A DNA stretch of 29,506 nt from Patescibacteria group bacterium (GCA_038061215.1 JBBTZV010000021.1:1-29506), one strand, 5' to 3'; positions 14,914 through 23,449 are shown, counted from the first letter of the stretch. Made by a program: numbers and translations. The notes: generated by a model not told the origin, from the letters alone.

Positions 14914-16764
14914 TCAAAATAATTTTTTCGCTTCATCCCAAAATTCCGGATGATTCTGTTTTTCTTTCATCCAATACATCCACTCTATGCCCCATAGGTA
15001 ATTTTTTTCAAAACCAACGCTTTTCGCATATTCAATATTTTCTTTAAACTGATTAAGGTCAAAAACTTTCAGTTGTTCTTCAAGAGGAATTTCCGGCGGC
15101 CGTTTTTTAAGCCACGGTTCTGCTTGAAGTTCAATTCCAATTATCGGCTTTTTGCCGAAAAACATTTCCATAATCCGGGTTTTAATTTTGAAAAATTCCG
15201 GCTCTAATGGATATTTAAGATAGCCGTCGCCGGGCATAATCCTTGTCCAAACTACCCGATACATCGTGGTGCCGAAAATATCCGCTCTTTTATACGCCTT
15301 GAACCACAATCCAAATTCGCCGCTGTCGGTTAAAATTATCGGTCTTGAAGAATCAAGTTTTTTGACCAAAACTATTTCTTGGCCTAAAAATTCATCATCA
15401 ACTTTCGGACATTCGCCAAAACCCCACAAAAACGGTTCGTTTTCAATTTGCCACGCCCAAATCGCCGGATTATTTTTATAACGACTCACAACCGCTTCAA
15501 TATATTTTAGCAATGCGTTATTCTTCATTTCTATTTCATAATCATTAATCCATTCCGGCTCGTGGCATTCCGGCCATCGCGGCAATCTTTTGCCGATTGC
15601 CAAAATTATTTTTCCGCCGGATTTTTCAATTTCATTTATCTGAAAATCAAGCTCGGAAAAATCATAAACCCCTTCTGTTTTCTCAATTTCCGACCAATGG
15701 GCGTTAAGCCGGAAATTTTTCACTTTCAAATCATTGATAACGGCTATCAAAACATTTCGACTATCAAGACCCAACTCCTTGCTGTATAAAGAAGAAAAAT
15801 CAACGCCCCAGATTTTTGCGCCCGGAGTTTGCGCCGGCTGAATCAATAAAATCAAAACACCGAAGATTATTAATAAAATGGCGATTGATTTTCGAAAAAT
15901 CGACCAAAAAGATATCTGTTCGCCCATTAAATTAGGCCATTTTCTGGCCATAAAAGCGGCTAAAATTATCAAAAAGGCGTACCTAATGCCGCCTAAGCCG
16001 TTTACTAAAGTTAAATTGCCGATAGAAACTGCGTAAAGCAAAATAATATTGGCGACAAACGCCAAAAATTGCTTTAAAACCACGAGGCCCCCTAAATAAT
16101 TCCAGATAAGTTTTTTTGCTTTTTCAAAATTTATTGAATTTATTCCCGCTCCGGAAAACTTTTTGAGCTTAAATCCGCGACCGTAAACCGCCAAAAAAAC
16201 AACCACGGCGGTCATAAATCCGCCTAGTCTTGATAAGATGTAGCCGGAAATGAAATTCGTATTATTGAAAATGATCTTCAAAAAAACATAGCCAAGAGAA
16301 ATAAAAATAGCGGCTATGACAAGATAAAAAACTGAACTTAGTTTGTATTGGCGGCTGAATGAAATTACAAAACCGCCGACAAGAAGCAGAATAAAAGCAA
16401 GCGCCTGGAAAAACGTCAAAGTCTCGCTCAAAAAAAAGTGGCCAAAAACAAAAGTAACAATTGGCGTAAAAACCCCGAAAAGAAGCGGCGCCACCCAGCT
16501 GGCTTCGTTTTCCAAAAGCGCCTTAAAATAAAAATAAAGTCCTGCGCCAAGACAAAATCCGCTTAAAAAAGCCAAAAAAATTATTGAATTTTGCGGCAGA
16601 ACAAAATCAACAAAAGGGATAAGAACGACAGCCAGTCCTTCAAACGCTCCGATAACTAAAGCGTATTTAAGCGGTGAAAAAATTTTCTTGACTAAAATCT
16701 TGTCCAGCGCGAAAACAATGGCGAAGAGAAAATTTGAAAAAATTACTAAATAAAGCCAGTTCAT
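14914..16764 (-). CDS. fusion: N-terminal EamA/DMT-like multi-TM domain + C-terminal clan GH-A glycoside hydrolase
   Basis: About 305 aa of repeated hydrophobic helices with DMT-like spacing, then WGVDFS..RLNAHWSEIE..WQIENEP..IELQAEPW..YLWG. One uninterrupted ORF. Confidence 0.8.
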   Translation of the reverse strand: MNWLYLVIFSNFLFAIVFALDKILVKKIFSPLKYALVIGAFEGLAVVLIPFVDFVLPQNSIIFLAFLSGFCLGAGLYFYFKALLENEASWVAPLLFGVFTPIVTFVFGHFFLSETLTFFQALAFILLLVGGFVISFSRQYKLSSVFYLVIAAIFISLGYVFLKIIFNNTNFISGYILSRLGGFMTAVVVFLAVYGRGFKLKKFSGAGINSINFEKAKKLIWNYLGGLVVLKQFLAFVANIILLYAVSIGNLTLVNGLGGIRYAFLIILAAFMARKWPNLMGEQISFWSIFRKSIAILLIIFGVLILLIQPAQTPGAKIWGVDFSSLYSKELGLDSRNVLIAVINDLKVKNFRLNAHWSEIEKTEGVYDFSELDFQINEIEKSGGKIILAIGKRLPRWPECHEPEWINDYEIEMKNNALLKYIEAVVSRYKNNPAIWAWQIENEPFLWGFGECPKVDDEFLGQEIVLVKKLDSSRPIILTDSGEFGLWFKAYKRADIFGTTMYRVVWTRIMPGDGYLKYPLEPEFFKIKTRIMEMFFGKKPIIGIELQAEPWLKKRPPEIPLEEQLKVFDLNQFKENIEYAKSVGFEKNYLWGIEWMYWMKEKQNHPEFWDEAKKLF

Positions 16765-18074
16765 TTTTTTATAATTTTAGCGTATTCCAGCGCGCTTTTT
16801 CGAATTTTCCGTTTCATTGTTTTTCCGCCAGAGGCGGATCCGCCTTTGGCGGAATAATCAACTTCCACTAGCCCAAATCTCGGCCAAAAACCTTTATCCC
16901 ATTCAAAATTATCCAAAAGCGACCAGTAAAAATATCCGCGGACGTCAACGCCCCCTTGAATTGCTTTATTAACCCAATATAAATGCTCTTTAATAAATTT
17001 CCCCCGTTTTTCATCTTTAGCGTCGGCAAGGCCGTTCTCGGTAATATAAATCGACTTGCCGTATTTTTTCAAATCTTTTAAAACATAATAAATTCCTTCG
17101 GGATAAATTTCCCAGCCCAAATCGGAAACTTCGCGGTTTTCATTTTGATTAAATTTAAAATTCTTAATTAGGTTATAAAAATAATGATTCAAACCGATAA
17201 AATCATGATATTTTTTTATGCGATTCAAAAAATAAAAATTCCACCACCAATCAATTATTTTTTTAAGCAAGCGGTTTATTAATTTATTTTGATACGCCTC
17301 AAAATAAACATTGTTTTTGGCGATGCCGACTTTAACGGCTGGCTGGATTTTTTTGATAATTTTATATGCCTCGCGGTGCGCTTTGATTAAATTTTCAATT
17401 ACTAATAAATAAGACAGTGGATTTCTTTTCTGCGGCGGCCATTCTCCTTTTAAATAAGATATACTGCTGTAAATTTCCGGCTCATTCAAAGTGATCCAGA
17501 ATTTAATTTCATAATCAAATTTGGAAACAATTTTTTCAACATATCTTAAAAAATATTCAATTGTTTTTTTGTTTTCCCAACCGCCAATATCGCGAATCCA
17601 CAAAGGATTGGTCCAATGCCAAAGCGTTACAAACGGCTCAATGCCGCGGCTTTTTAATGCTTTTATAACTTTTCTATAATGCTCAATTTCTTTTTCGTTA
17701 AATTTTCCTTCCTCCGGCTCAATCCGGCTCCATTCAATAGAAAAGCGATGCGCGTTATGGCCCAAAGATTTGGCAATGTCAAAATCTTCTTCAAAGCGGT
17801 TATAGTAGTCGCACGCTCGGCCGGAAATGTAATTTTGCGGGTTTTGCGCCTGTTCTTTAATTTCCGGCCAATTTTGCAAATACCCGAATTTTTTCTTTGC
17901 TTCCTTTGCCAATCTCTCCGCATTTTCTTTTTCCCACTCTGTCCAGTCATTATGATTATTTCCTTCAACCTGATGCGCCGAAGTAGAACTCCCCCAATAA
18001 AACCTCGCAGGAAAAATTAATTTTTGATTTTCTAATGGAACAGGATTTTTAAAAAATTGAAATTTATCTAACAT
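16761..18074 (-). CDS. glycoside hydrolase family 1 (beta-glucosidase-like)
   Basis: FYWGSSTSAHQVEG, RFSIEWSRIEP, TLNEP (acid/base), ITENG (nucleophile), WSLLDNFEW..G..PRFGL. Confidence 0.95.
   Translation of the reverse strand: MLDKFQFFKNPVPLENQKLIFPARFYWGSSTSAHQVEGNNHNDWTEWEKENAERLAKEAKKKFGYLQNWPEIKEQAQNPQNYISGRACDYYNRFEEDFDIAKSLGHNAHRFSIEWSRIEPEEGKFNEKEIEHYRKVIKALKSRGIEPFVTLWHWTNPLWIRDIGGWENKKTIEYFLRYVEKIVSKFDYEIKFWITLNEPEIYSSISYLKGEWPPQKRNPLSYLLVIENLIKAHREAYKIIKKIQPAVKVGIAKNNVYFEAYQNKLINRLLKKIIDWWWNFYFLNRIKKYHDFIGLNHYFYNLIKNFKFNQNENREVSDLGWEIYPEGIYYVLKDLKKYGKSIYITENGLADAKDEKRGKFIKEHLYWVNKAIQGGVDVRGYFYWSLLDNFEWDKGFWPRFGLVEVDYSAKGGSASGGKTMKRKIRKSALEYAKIIKK
16824..16853. repeat. in-frame tandem hairpin element (2 x TCCGCC-N3-GGCGGA) in GH1
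   Basis: TCCGCCAGAGGCGGATCCGCCTTTGGCGGA, 30 nt, encodes SAKGGSASGG. Confidence 0.85.
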
Positions 18075-18672
18075 AAATAATTAATGAAACTACAGCAATT
18101 ATGAAAATTAAAAATTCAATAATAAAAATTGGGTGCCACTTTTCATAGATATTTTTTACCCAATCGGCATCCCCGTGTTCTTTAGCGTAAAAACCCAAGT
18201 CTTTCTCATTAAAAGAAAAAATAAGCTTTTTTAACCCATTCTTTTCTTTCCCTGAATAAAGATATAAAAAAGCGAAATTGTTGGTAGAAAATGGGTAAAG
18301 CCACTTTATTCCCCAGCCAATTCCAATACTGTCATGAACAAAATGAAGAAACGACGATACGCTAAACAAAAGACTCCATTCTTTACCAAAAAATAATAGA
18401 GCAATCATTCCTATTGGTATAAAAATAAGAGGATAATGTGAAATATCGCGGTGACGATAATCTTCTTCCCCCGATTTATTTTTTATTAGATAAAATAAGA
18501 AATCTATATCCGGCAATAGAGCGAAAATGACAGCAATAATAAAAACCAAAAAATTAAGTTCAATCTTAAAAATCGAACTTATAAAAATTGCTGAAAAAAT
18601 CCCGAAGCCAATATCAGCAATACAAACTTTTAAATTACTCCAATAAAAATTTTTCGGAAATTGAAATTTCAT
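18064..18672 (-). CDS. YdjM/LexA-binding-like inner-membrane metal-dependent hydrolase
   Basis: LLPDID, HRDISH, HFVHD, G..WLYPF motifs and several TM segments. Confidence 0.8.
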   Translation of the reverse strand: MKFQFPKNFYWSNLKVCIADIGFGIFSAIFISSIFKIELNFLVFIIAVIFALLPDIDFLFYLIKNKSGEEDYRHRDISHYPLIFIPIGMIALLFFGKEWSLLFSVSSFLHFVHDSIGIGWGIKWLYPFSTNNFAFLYLYSGKEKNGLKKLIFSFNEKDLGFYAKEHGDADWVKNIYEKWHPIFIIEFLIFIIAVVSLIIYVR

Positions 18673-19343
18673 TTTTTATGAATCTTGATTCCGTCTTCTC
18701 CAATGGTGATAAAAATTGAAGGAATGTCTGTCCAACAGCCGACATTAAAATAATTAACGCCGCTGATAATCTCTGCCGCTTCCCGATGAATATGTCCGCA
18801 AAAAACATAACGAACGCCCATTTTAAAAGCATGGCGCGCCGCGCCCTGCGCGATTTTTTCAGAAAGCCGAAGCCATTTCTTAGAAGCTCTTTTTACAAAA
18901 CGGCTTAATCTCAAACTAGACCTTTGCAAAATTATGTAAATAAATGAAGCGATGTCGCTGACAAATTTATTGTTTGCCAAAAATCTGTCAAACTGATGGC
19001 CGTGAATTGCCAGATATTTTTCGTTTTTATATTTCCAAATATATTCTTGTGTCACTGTAATTCCGATAAAATGAGATATCACTTTGAATATAAGCTCATC
19101 GTGATTCCCTAAAACCCAAACTATTTCAATATTGCGTTTTGGATTGGAAAGTTCCTGAATATAAGAGAGAAGCTCCCAATGATCTTTTTCTAAATTGCTG
19201 AAATTTAAATCGTCAAAAATATCTCCCAAAAGAATAAGGCGATCAAAGTTGTGAGCTTTAAGAACGCTTAGCAGCTCTTTCGCCCGGCTTACTGCCGAAC
19301 CAAGATGAATATCCGAAACGATGAATGTGTCAATTTTAGCCAT
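18669..19343 (-). CDS. calcineurin-like metallophosphoesterase (LpxH-like family)
   Basis: DIHLG, GDIFD, GNHD, HGH and GHIH metal-binding motifs. Confidence 0.88.
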   Translation of the reverse strand: MAKIDTFIVSDIHLGSAVSRAKELLSVLKAHNFDRLILLGDIFDDLNFSNLEKDHWELLSYIQELSNPKRNIEIVWVLGNHDELIFKVISHFIGITVTQEYIWKYKNEKYLAIHGHQFDRFLANNKFVSDIASFIYIILQRSSLRLSRFVKRASKKWLRLSEKIAQGAARHAFKMGVRYVFCGHIHREAAEIISGVNYFNVGCWTDIPSIFITIGEDGIKIHKK

Positions 19344-19347
19344 AAAT

Positions 19348-22300
19348 TTAACTTTTTTTAATCCTTAACCAGATTTTTGAACCGTCAATTTTGATTTCCG
19401 CTTCCGCGTCAAATTTGTCGGTTTTTGCAAGCTCAATAGTTTTAACTCCAATGTCTTTTTTAAGATTTTCCGTATTATTGCTTATCAGCCGCTTGAAATA
19501 ATCATCAGCTTCAATATGCAAAACCCCCTTGTCTTTTGGAGTATAACCGGCTTCTTTTCTTAAATCCTGGATAACGCGCGTCAATTCGCGCAATTGCCCT
19601 TCGGCTTTTAATTCCGGCGTGATATTTATGTCTAATTCAACATCGCTCGCGATATTTTTATCAAAAATAATTTCTTTAACGTTAATTTCGTCTTTAATCA
19701 AATCTAATAATTCTTTATTGCTCTTGATGCCTGATACTTGATGCTTGATACTTATTTTTGCGAGCGGCTGACGCACTCTTATCCCCGCTTTTTGCCGCGC
19801 TTCAAGCCCCAAAGAAACAATGCGCCTGATTTCTCTCATTTGCTCCAGGATTTTTTCTTCTTTCCTTAAAAATACTTTTTTAATTTTCTGCCAAAAAAGC
19901 GTAGCCGGCCAATTTTCCAAATGAACAGAATCTTGGCATTTGACATCTGACATTTGACATCTGACATTTTGATAAATTTTTTCCGCAATAAACGGCATAA
20001 ACGGCGCGATTATTTTGGAAAATTCCAACAGAACATATCGCGTTGTCGCAATGGCGCTTTGCTTATCCTCGCTTTCTTCTTTAAATCTGCCTCTTGAACG
20101 CCGAATGTACCAAGTTGACAAATCGTCAATAAAATCAAAAACCGGCTGGCTGGCTTTATCAAGTTCATAATTTTCCATTGCCTCTGATATTTCTTGAATC
20201 AACTGGTTAAGCCGCGCCGAAATCCATAAATCTAAAACATTTCTTGATGCTTGATCCGCCAACTGGCGGATGATACTTGATACTTTTTCATCCGCGTAAA
20301 GCTCATAAAACTTATAAACATTCCACAGCCGCAAAATCACTTTTTTATAAACCTCGTCAACGCCTTTTTCGGAAAAATTAAAGTCTTCAGCGCGAACAAC
20401 ATGTGAAGATAAAAGATAAAGCCGCAAAGCGTCGGCGCCGTATTTATTGACTACTTCAACCGGATCGGGATAATTTTTCAATCTTTTGCTCATTTTCTGG
20501 CCGTCTTCAGCCAAAATAATGCCGTTGACAATCACGTTTTTGTAAGCCGGTTTATTGAATAAAGCGGTTGATAAAACAAGCAAAGTATAAAACCAGCCGC
20601 GGGTCTGATCCAATCCTTCGGCGATAAATTCCGCCGGAAAATTTTTTTCAAATTCTTTTTTATTTTCAAAAGGATAATGCGCTTGGCCGTAGGGCATGGC
20701 GCCGGATTCAAACCAGCAATCAAAAACATCGGCAACCCGCTTTAATTCATTGCCGCAATCGCATTGAAGATTGATTTCATCAATGTATGGTTTATGCAAA
20801 TCAAGTTCGTAATTTTTATTGTGAGGAATCGGAATAAAATCAAGTTCCAGAAGCTCGGCGGTTTTAATGAAGTCATTTCCTTTTTCTTGTTTCATTCTTG
20901 CCGATTTTTTAGCGTCAGCGCCGATTGCCGCGCCAAACATCAGCCAAATCGAATATTCATGAGATATAATTAAAATATTTTTTTCGGAATATTTATTTTC
21001 AATATCATATAAAAATTCTGCCATTCGATTTTTCAACTCGGTTAAATTTTCTCCTTCGGGCGGAATTTTGTAAAATTTTTCTTCCAGCGAAGAAAAATAA
21101 TTGTGGTATTCTTCATGAGTTTTGTTGTCAAAAACGCCGGTGTTCACCTCTCTTATTCTTTCGTCAAATATTATTTTGTCTTGGGCATAGCCAAGCGTTT
21201 TAGCGACAATTTCCGCCGTTTGTTTGGTTCTTAAAAAATCGGAAGCAAAAATAATATCGATGTTTTTTAATTTTTCAGCGGCTTTTTCGGCTTCTTTCTT
21301 TCCTTTTTCAGTTAATGAATGATTGCGGCTGGTTTCTAATTTTGAACTGACTTTATTTTCGGCATTATGAATCGCTTCAGCATGCCGCATCGCAAAATAA
21401 TGATTTCCTGATTTTTTAGCGTATTTTTTCAACTCTTCAAGCGAACCAATTACTTTAATTTTTTCGCATTTATCGCAACGCCAAACCGGCAATGGCGCTC
21501 CCCAAAATCTGCTTCTTGAAATTGCCCAATCGCGAATGCCTTCAAGCCATTTGCCGAAACGCCCTTCTTTGAGATGCTCCGGAATCCATTTAATTTTCTT
21601 ATTGTTTCCGATAAGTTTATCTTTAATCGCCAGGACTTTCACGAACCAAGAAGCGCTGGCGTAATTCAAAAGCGGCGTATCGCACCGCCAGCAATGAGGA
21701 TATGGATGAATAATTTTCTGCTTGCTGAAAAGATTATTTTGATTGGCAAGAAATTTGATTATTTCAATATCTGCTTTTTGATGTTCTGCTTTCGGCTTTA
21801 CCAGCATGCCGGCAAAATCTTTAACTTCCGGTTTGAATCTGCCGTCAATTGAAACATGCTGAATAAAAGGCAAATTATGCTTCTGCGCCAAATTCATGTC
21901 GTCTTCACCGAACGCCGGCGCAATATGAACAACACCCGTGCCTTCTTCGGTTAAAACAAAATCTCCAGCGTAAATTTTCCATCCGTTATCGCGGTTTTTT
22001 AAATTTTTATCCGTTGAATAATAATTGAATAACGGCTTGTATTTTTTGCCAATTAAATCTTTGCCCTCAATTTCTTTTTTTACTTCATGCTCCTTATCTT
22101 TAAATACATCTCTAACTCTATCTTTGGCAACAATATATTTATTATCGTCTCCTTTAATACTTACTATTTGATACTTAATGTTCTGATTGACCGCCAATGC
22201 CGCGTTTCCCGGCAAAGTCCACGGCGTTGTCGTCCATGCCAAAACATAAGTATTCGGTTCATCAACAAGTTCAAATTTCGCCATCACGGAAATATCCGTA

Positions 22301-22899
22301 ATGTTTTTGTACCCTTGCGCCACTTCAAAATTCGCCAAAGTTGTTTCACAACGCGGGCAAAGATGCATTGGTTTGTATCCAAGATAAATCAGCCCCTTAT
22401 CGTAAAGCGTTTTGAAAATCCACCAGATGGATTCGGTATAATACCAATCCATTGTTTTATAAGCGTTCTCCATATCCACCCAGCGGCCGATTCTGGGAAT
22501 TATTTTTTTCCATTCATCGGCGTAGCGTAGCACGCTTTTTCTGGCTTTTTCGTTAAAATTTTCAACGCCGAATTTTTCAACGGCTTTTTTGTCTTTAAGA
22601 TCCAGTTCTTTTTCAATTTCATATTCCACCGGCAAGCCGTGACAGTCCCATCCCCATTTGCGCGGCGCGCGATAGCCATTCATCGTTTTGTAACGGGGAA
22701 CGGCATCTTTAATGATGCTCGCCAAAATATGGCCGTAGTGCGGCAAGCCATTGGCAAACGGCGGGCCGTCATAGAAAACAAAATCGCCTTTTGACGATTT
22801 TTTATCAAGCGATTTTTCAAAAATTTTATTTTCCTGCCAGAATTTTAAAACTTTTTCCTCTAATTCGCTGATATTGAAATTTTGTTGATTTTCAGACAT
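19348..22899 (-). CDS. ileS: isoleucine-tRNA ligase, type 2, with inserted histidine-phosphatase domain
   Basis: DGPPFANGLPHYGH, GWDCHGLPVE, WTTTPWTLP, GTGVVH.AP, EGLDQTRGWF, KMSKR. About 190-aa insert beginning NHYFAMRHAEA. Confidence 0.96.
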   Translation of the reverse strand: MSENQQNFNISELEEKVLKFWQENKIFEKSLDKKSSKGDFVFYDGPPFANGLPHYGHILASIIKDAVPRYKTMNGYRAPRKWGWDCHGLPVEYEIEKELDLKDKKAVEKFGVENFNEKARKSVLRYADEWKKIIPRIGRWVDMENAYKTMDWYYTESIWWIFKTLYDKGLIYLGYKPMHLCPRCETTLANFEVAQGYKNITDISVMAKFELVDEPNTYVLAWTTTPWTLPGNAALAVNQNIKYQIVSIKGDDNKYIVAKDRVRDVFKDKEHEVKKEIEGKDLIGKKYKPLFNYYSTDKNLKNRDNGWKIYAGDFVLTEEGTGVVHIAPAFGEDDMNLAQKHNLPFIQHVSIDGRFKPEVKDFAGMLVKPKAEHQKADIEIIKFLANQNNLFSKQKIIHPYPHCWRCDTPLLNYASASWFVKVLAIKDKLIGNNKKIKWIPEHLKEGRFGKWLEGIRDWAISRSRFWGAPLPVWRCDKCEKIKVIGSLEELKKYAKKSGNHYFAMRHAEAIHNAENKVSSKLETSRNHSLTEKGKKEAEKAAEKLKNIDIIFASDFLRTKQTAEIVAKTLGYAQDKIIFDERIREVNTGVFDNKTHEEYHNYFSSLEEKFYKIPPEGENLTELKNRMAEFLYDIENKYSEKNILIISHEYSIWLMFGAAIGADAKKSARMKQEKGNDFIKTAELLELDFIPIPHNKNYELDLHKPYIDEINLQCDCGNELKRVADVFDCWFESGAMPYGQAHYPFENKKEFEKNFPAEFIAEGLDQTRGWFYTLLVLSTALFNKPAYKNVIVNGIILAEDGQKMSKRLKNYPDPVEVVNKYGADALRLYLLSSHVVRAEDFNFSEKGVDEVYKKVILRLWNVYKFYELYADEKVSSIIRQLADQASRNVLDLWISARLNQLIQEISEAMENYELDKASQPVFDFIDDLSTWYIRRSRGRFKEESEDKQSAIATTRYVLLEFSKIIAPFMPFIAEKIYQNVRCQMSDVKCQDSVHLENWPATLFWQKIKKVFLRKEEKILEQMREIRRIVSLGLEARQKAGIRVRQPLAKISIKHQVSGIKSNKELLDLIKDEINVKEIIFDKNIASDVELDINITPELKAEGQLRELTRVIQDLRKEAGYTPKDKGVLHIEADDYFKRLISNNTENLKKDIGVKTIELAKTDKFDAEAEIKIDGSKIWLRIKKS

Positions 22900-22934
22900 A
22901 TATCTATATTATAAAAAATTTCACAAAATAAAAA

Positions 22935-22956
22935 GGAGCAAGAATAATCTTGCTCC
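22935..22956 (-). terminator. intrinsic terminator of ORF 22973..23359
   Basis: GGAGCAAGA-N4-TCTTGCTCC, followed on the minus strand by TTTTATTTT. Confidence 0.75.
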
Positions 22957-22972
22957 CAATGAACTAAAAGAA

Positions 22973-23359
22973 CTAAAATTCGAACTTAATGCCTATGCTG
23001 GCGTTATGGGCAACCGCTCCTCCTTCTATGCCAATTCCGACATACTGCCAAACCCAGCGGTATTTTGGCGGGAGAATATAACTAATCGCCGCGTGAGCGA
23101 CTAATCCTCCAAAAAAATATGTATCCACTTTTCCTACGCTCGGATGTTTTCCGAGTAATGGATTTCTTTCGTAAAACTTCTGCGGATTTTTCGCGATATA
23201 TCGCGTTTGTCCCCAATCCGCGATATGTAGCGCGGAATAAACAACTTCCCGCGCCGTATCTTTATTTGTCCAATCCTTCCCCCACCATTCATCTTCGGCC
23301 AAAGCCAAAGATGGGGAAATTATTAAAAAAAAGAAAAACAATATAATTTTTCTTTTCAT
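22973..23359 (-). CDS. hypothetical secreted/membrane protein
   Basis: Signal peptide (MKRKIILFFFFLIISPSLALA), SD AAGGAGG, own promoter and terminator; ends in IGIKFEF. Confidence 0.85.
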   Translation of the reverse strand: MKRKIILFFFFLIISPSLALAEDEWWGKDWTNKDTAREVVYSALHIADWGQTRYIAKNPQKFYERNPLLGKHPSVGKVDTYFFGGLVAHAAISYILPPKYRWVWQYVGIGIEGGAVAHNASIGIKFEF

Positions 23360-23415
23360 TTCATCCTCCTTTGTTTTCTTATTTATTTTTTAATTTATAA
23401 TTAAACTCTTGATGT

Positions 23416-23444
23416 ATTATACACTATAATTACTTATTTGTCAA
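23416..23444 (-). promoter_or_regulatory. perfect-consensus sigma70 promoter for ORF 22973..23359
   Basis: Minus strand TTGACA-N17-TATAAT. Confidence 0.8.
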
Positions 23445-23449
23445 ATGCT

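Noticed and set aside
22730-22770. Altered HIGH motif that might indicate mupirocin hyper-resistance
   Set aside because: HYGH is the ordinary type-2 IleRS signature.
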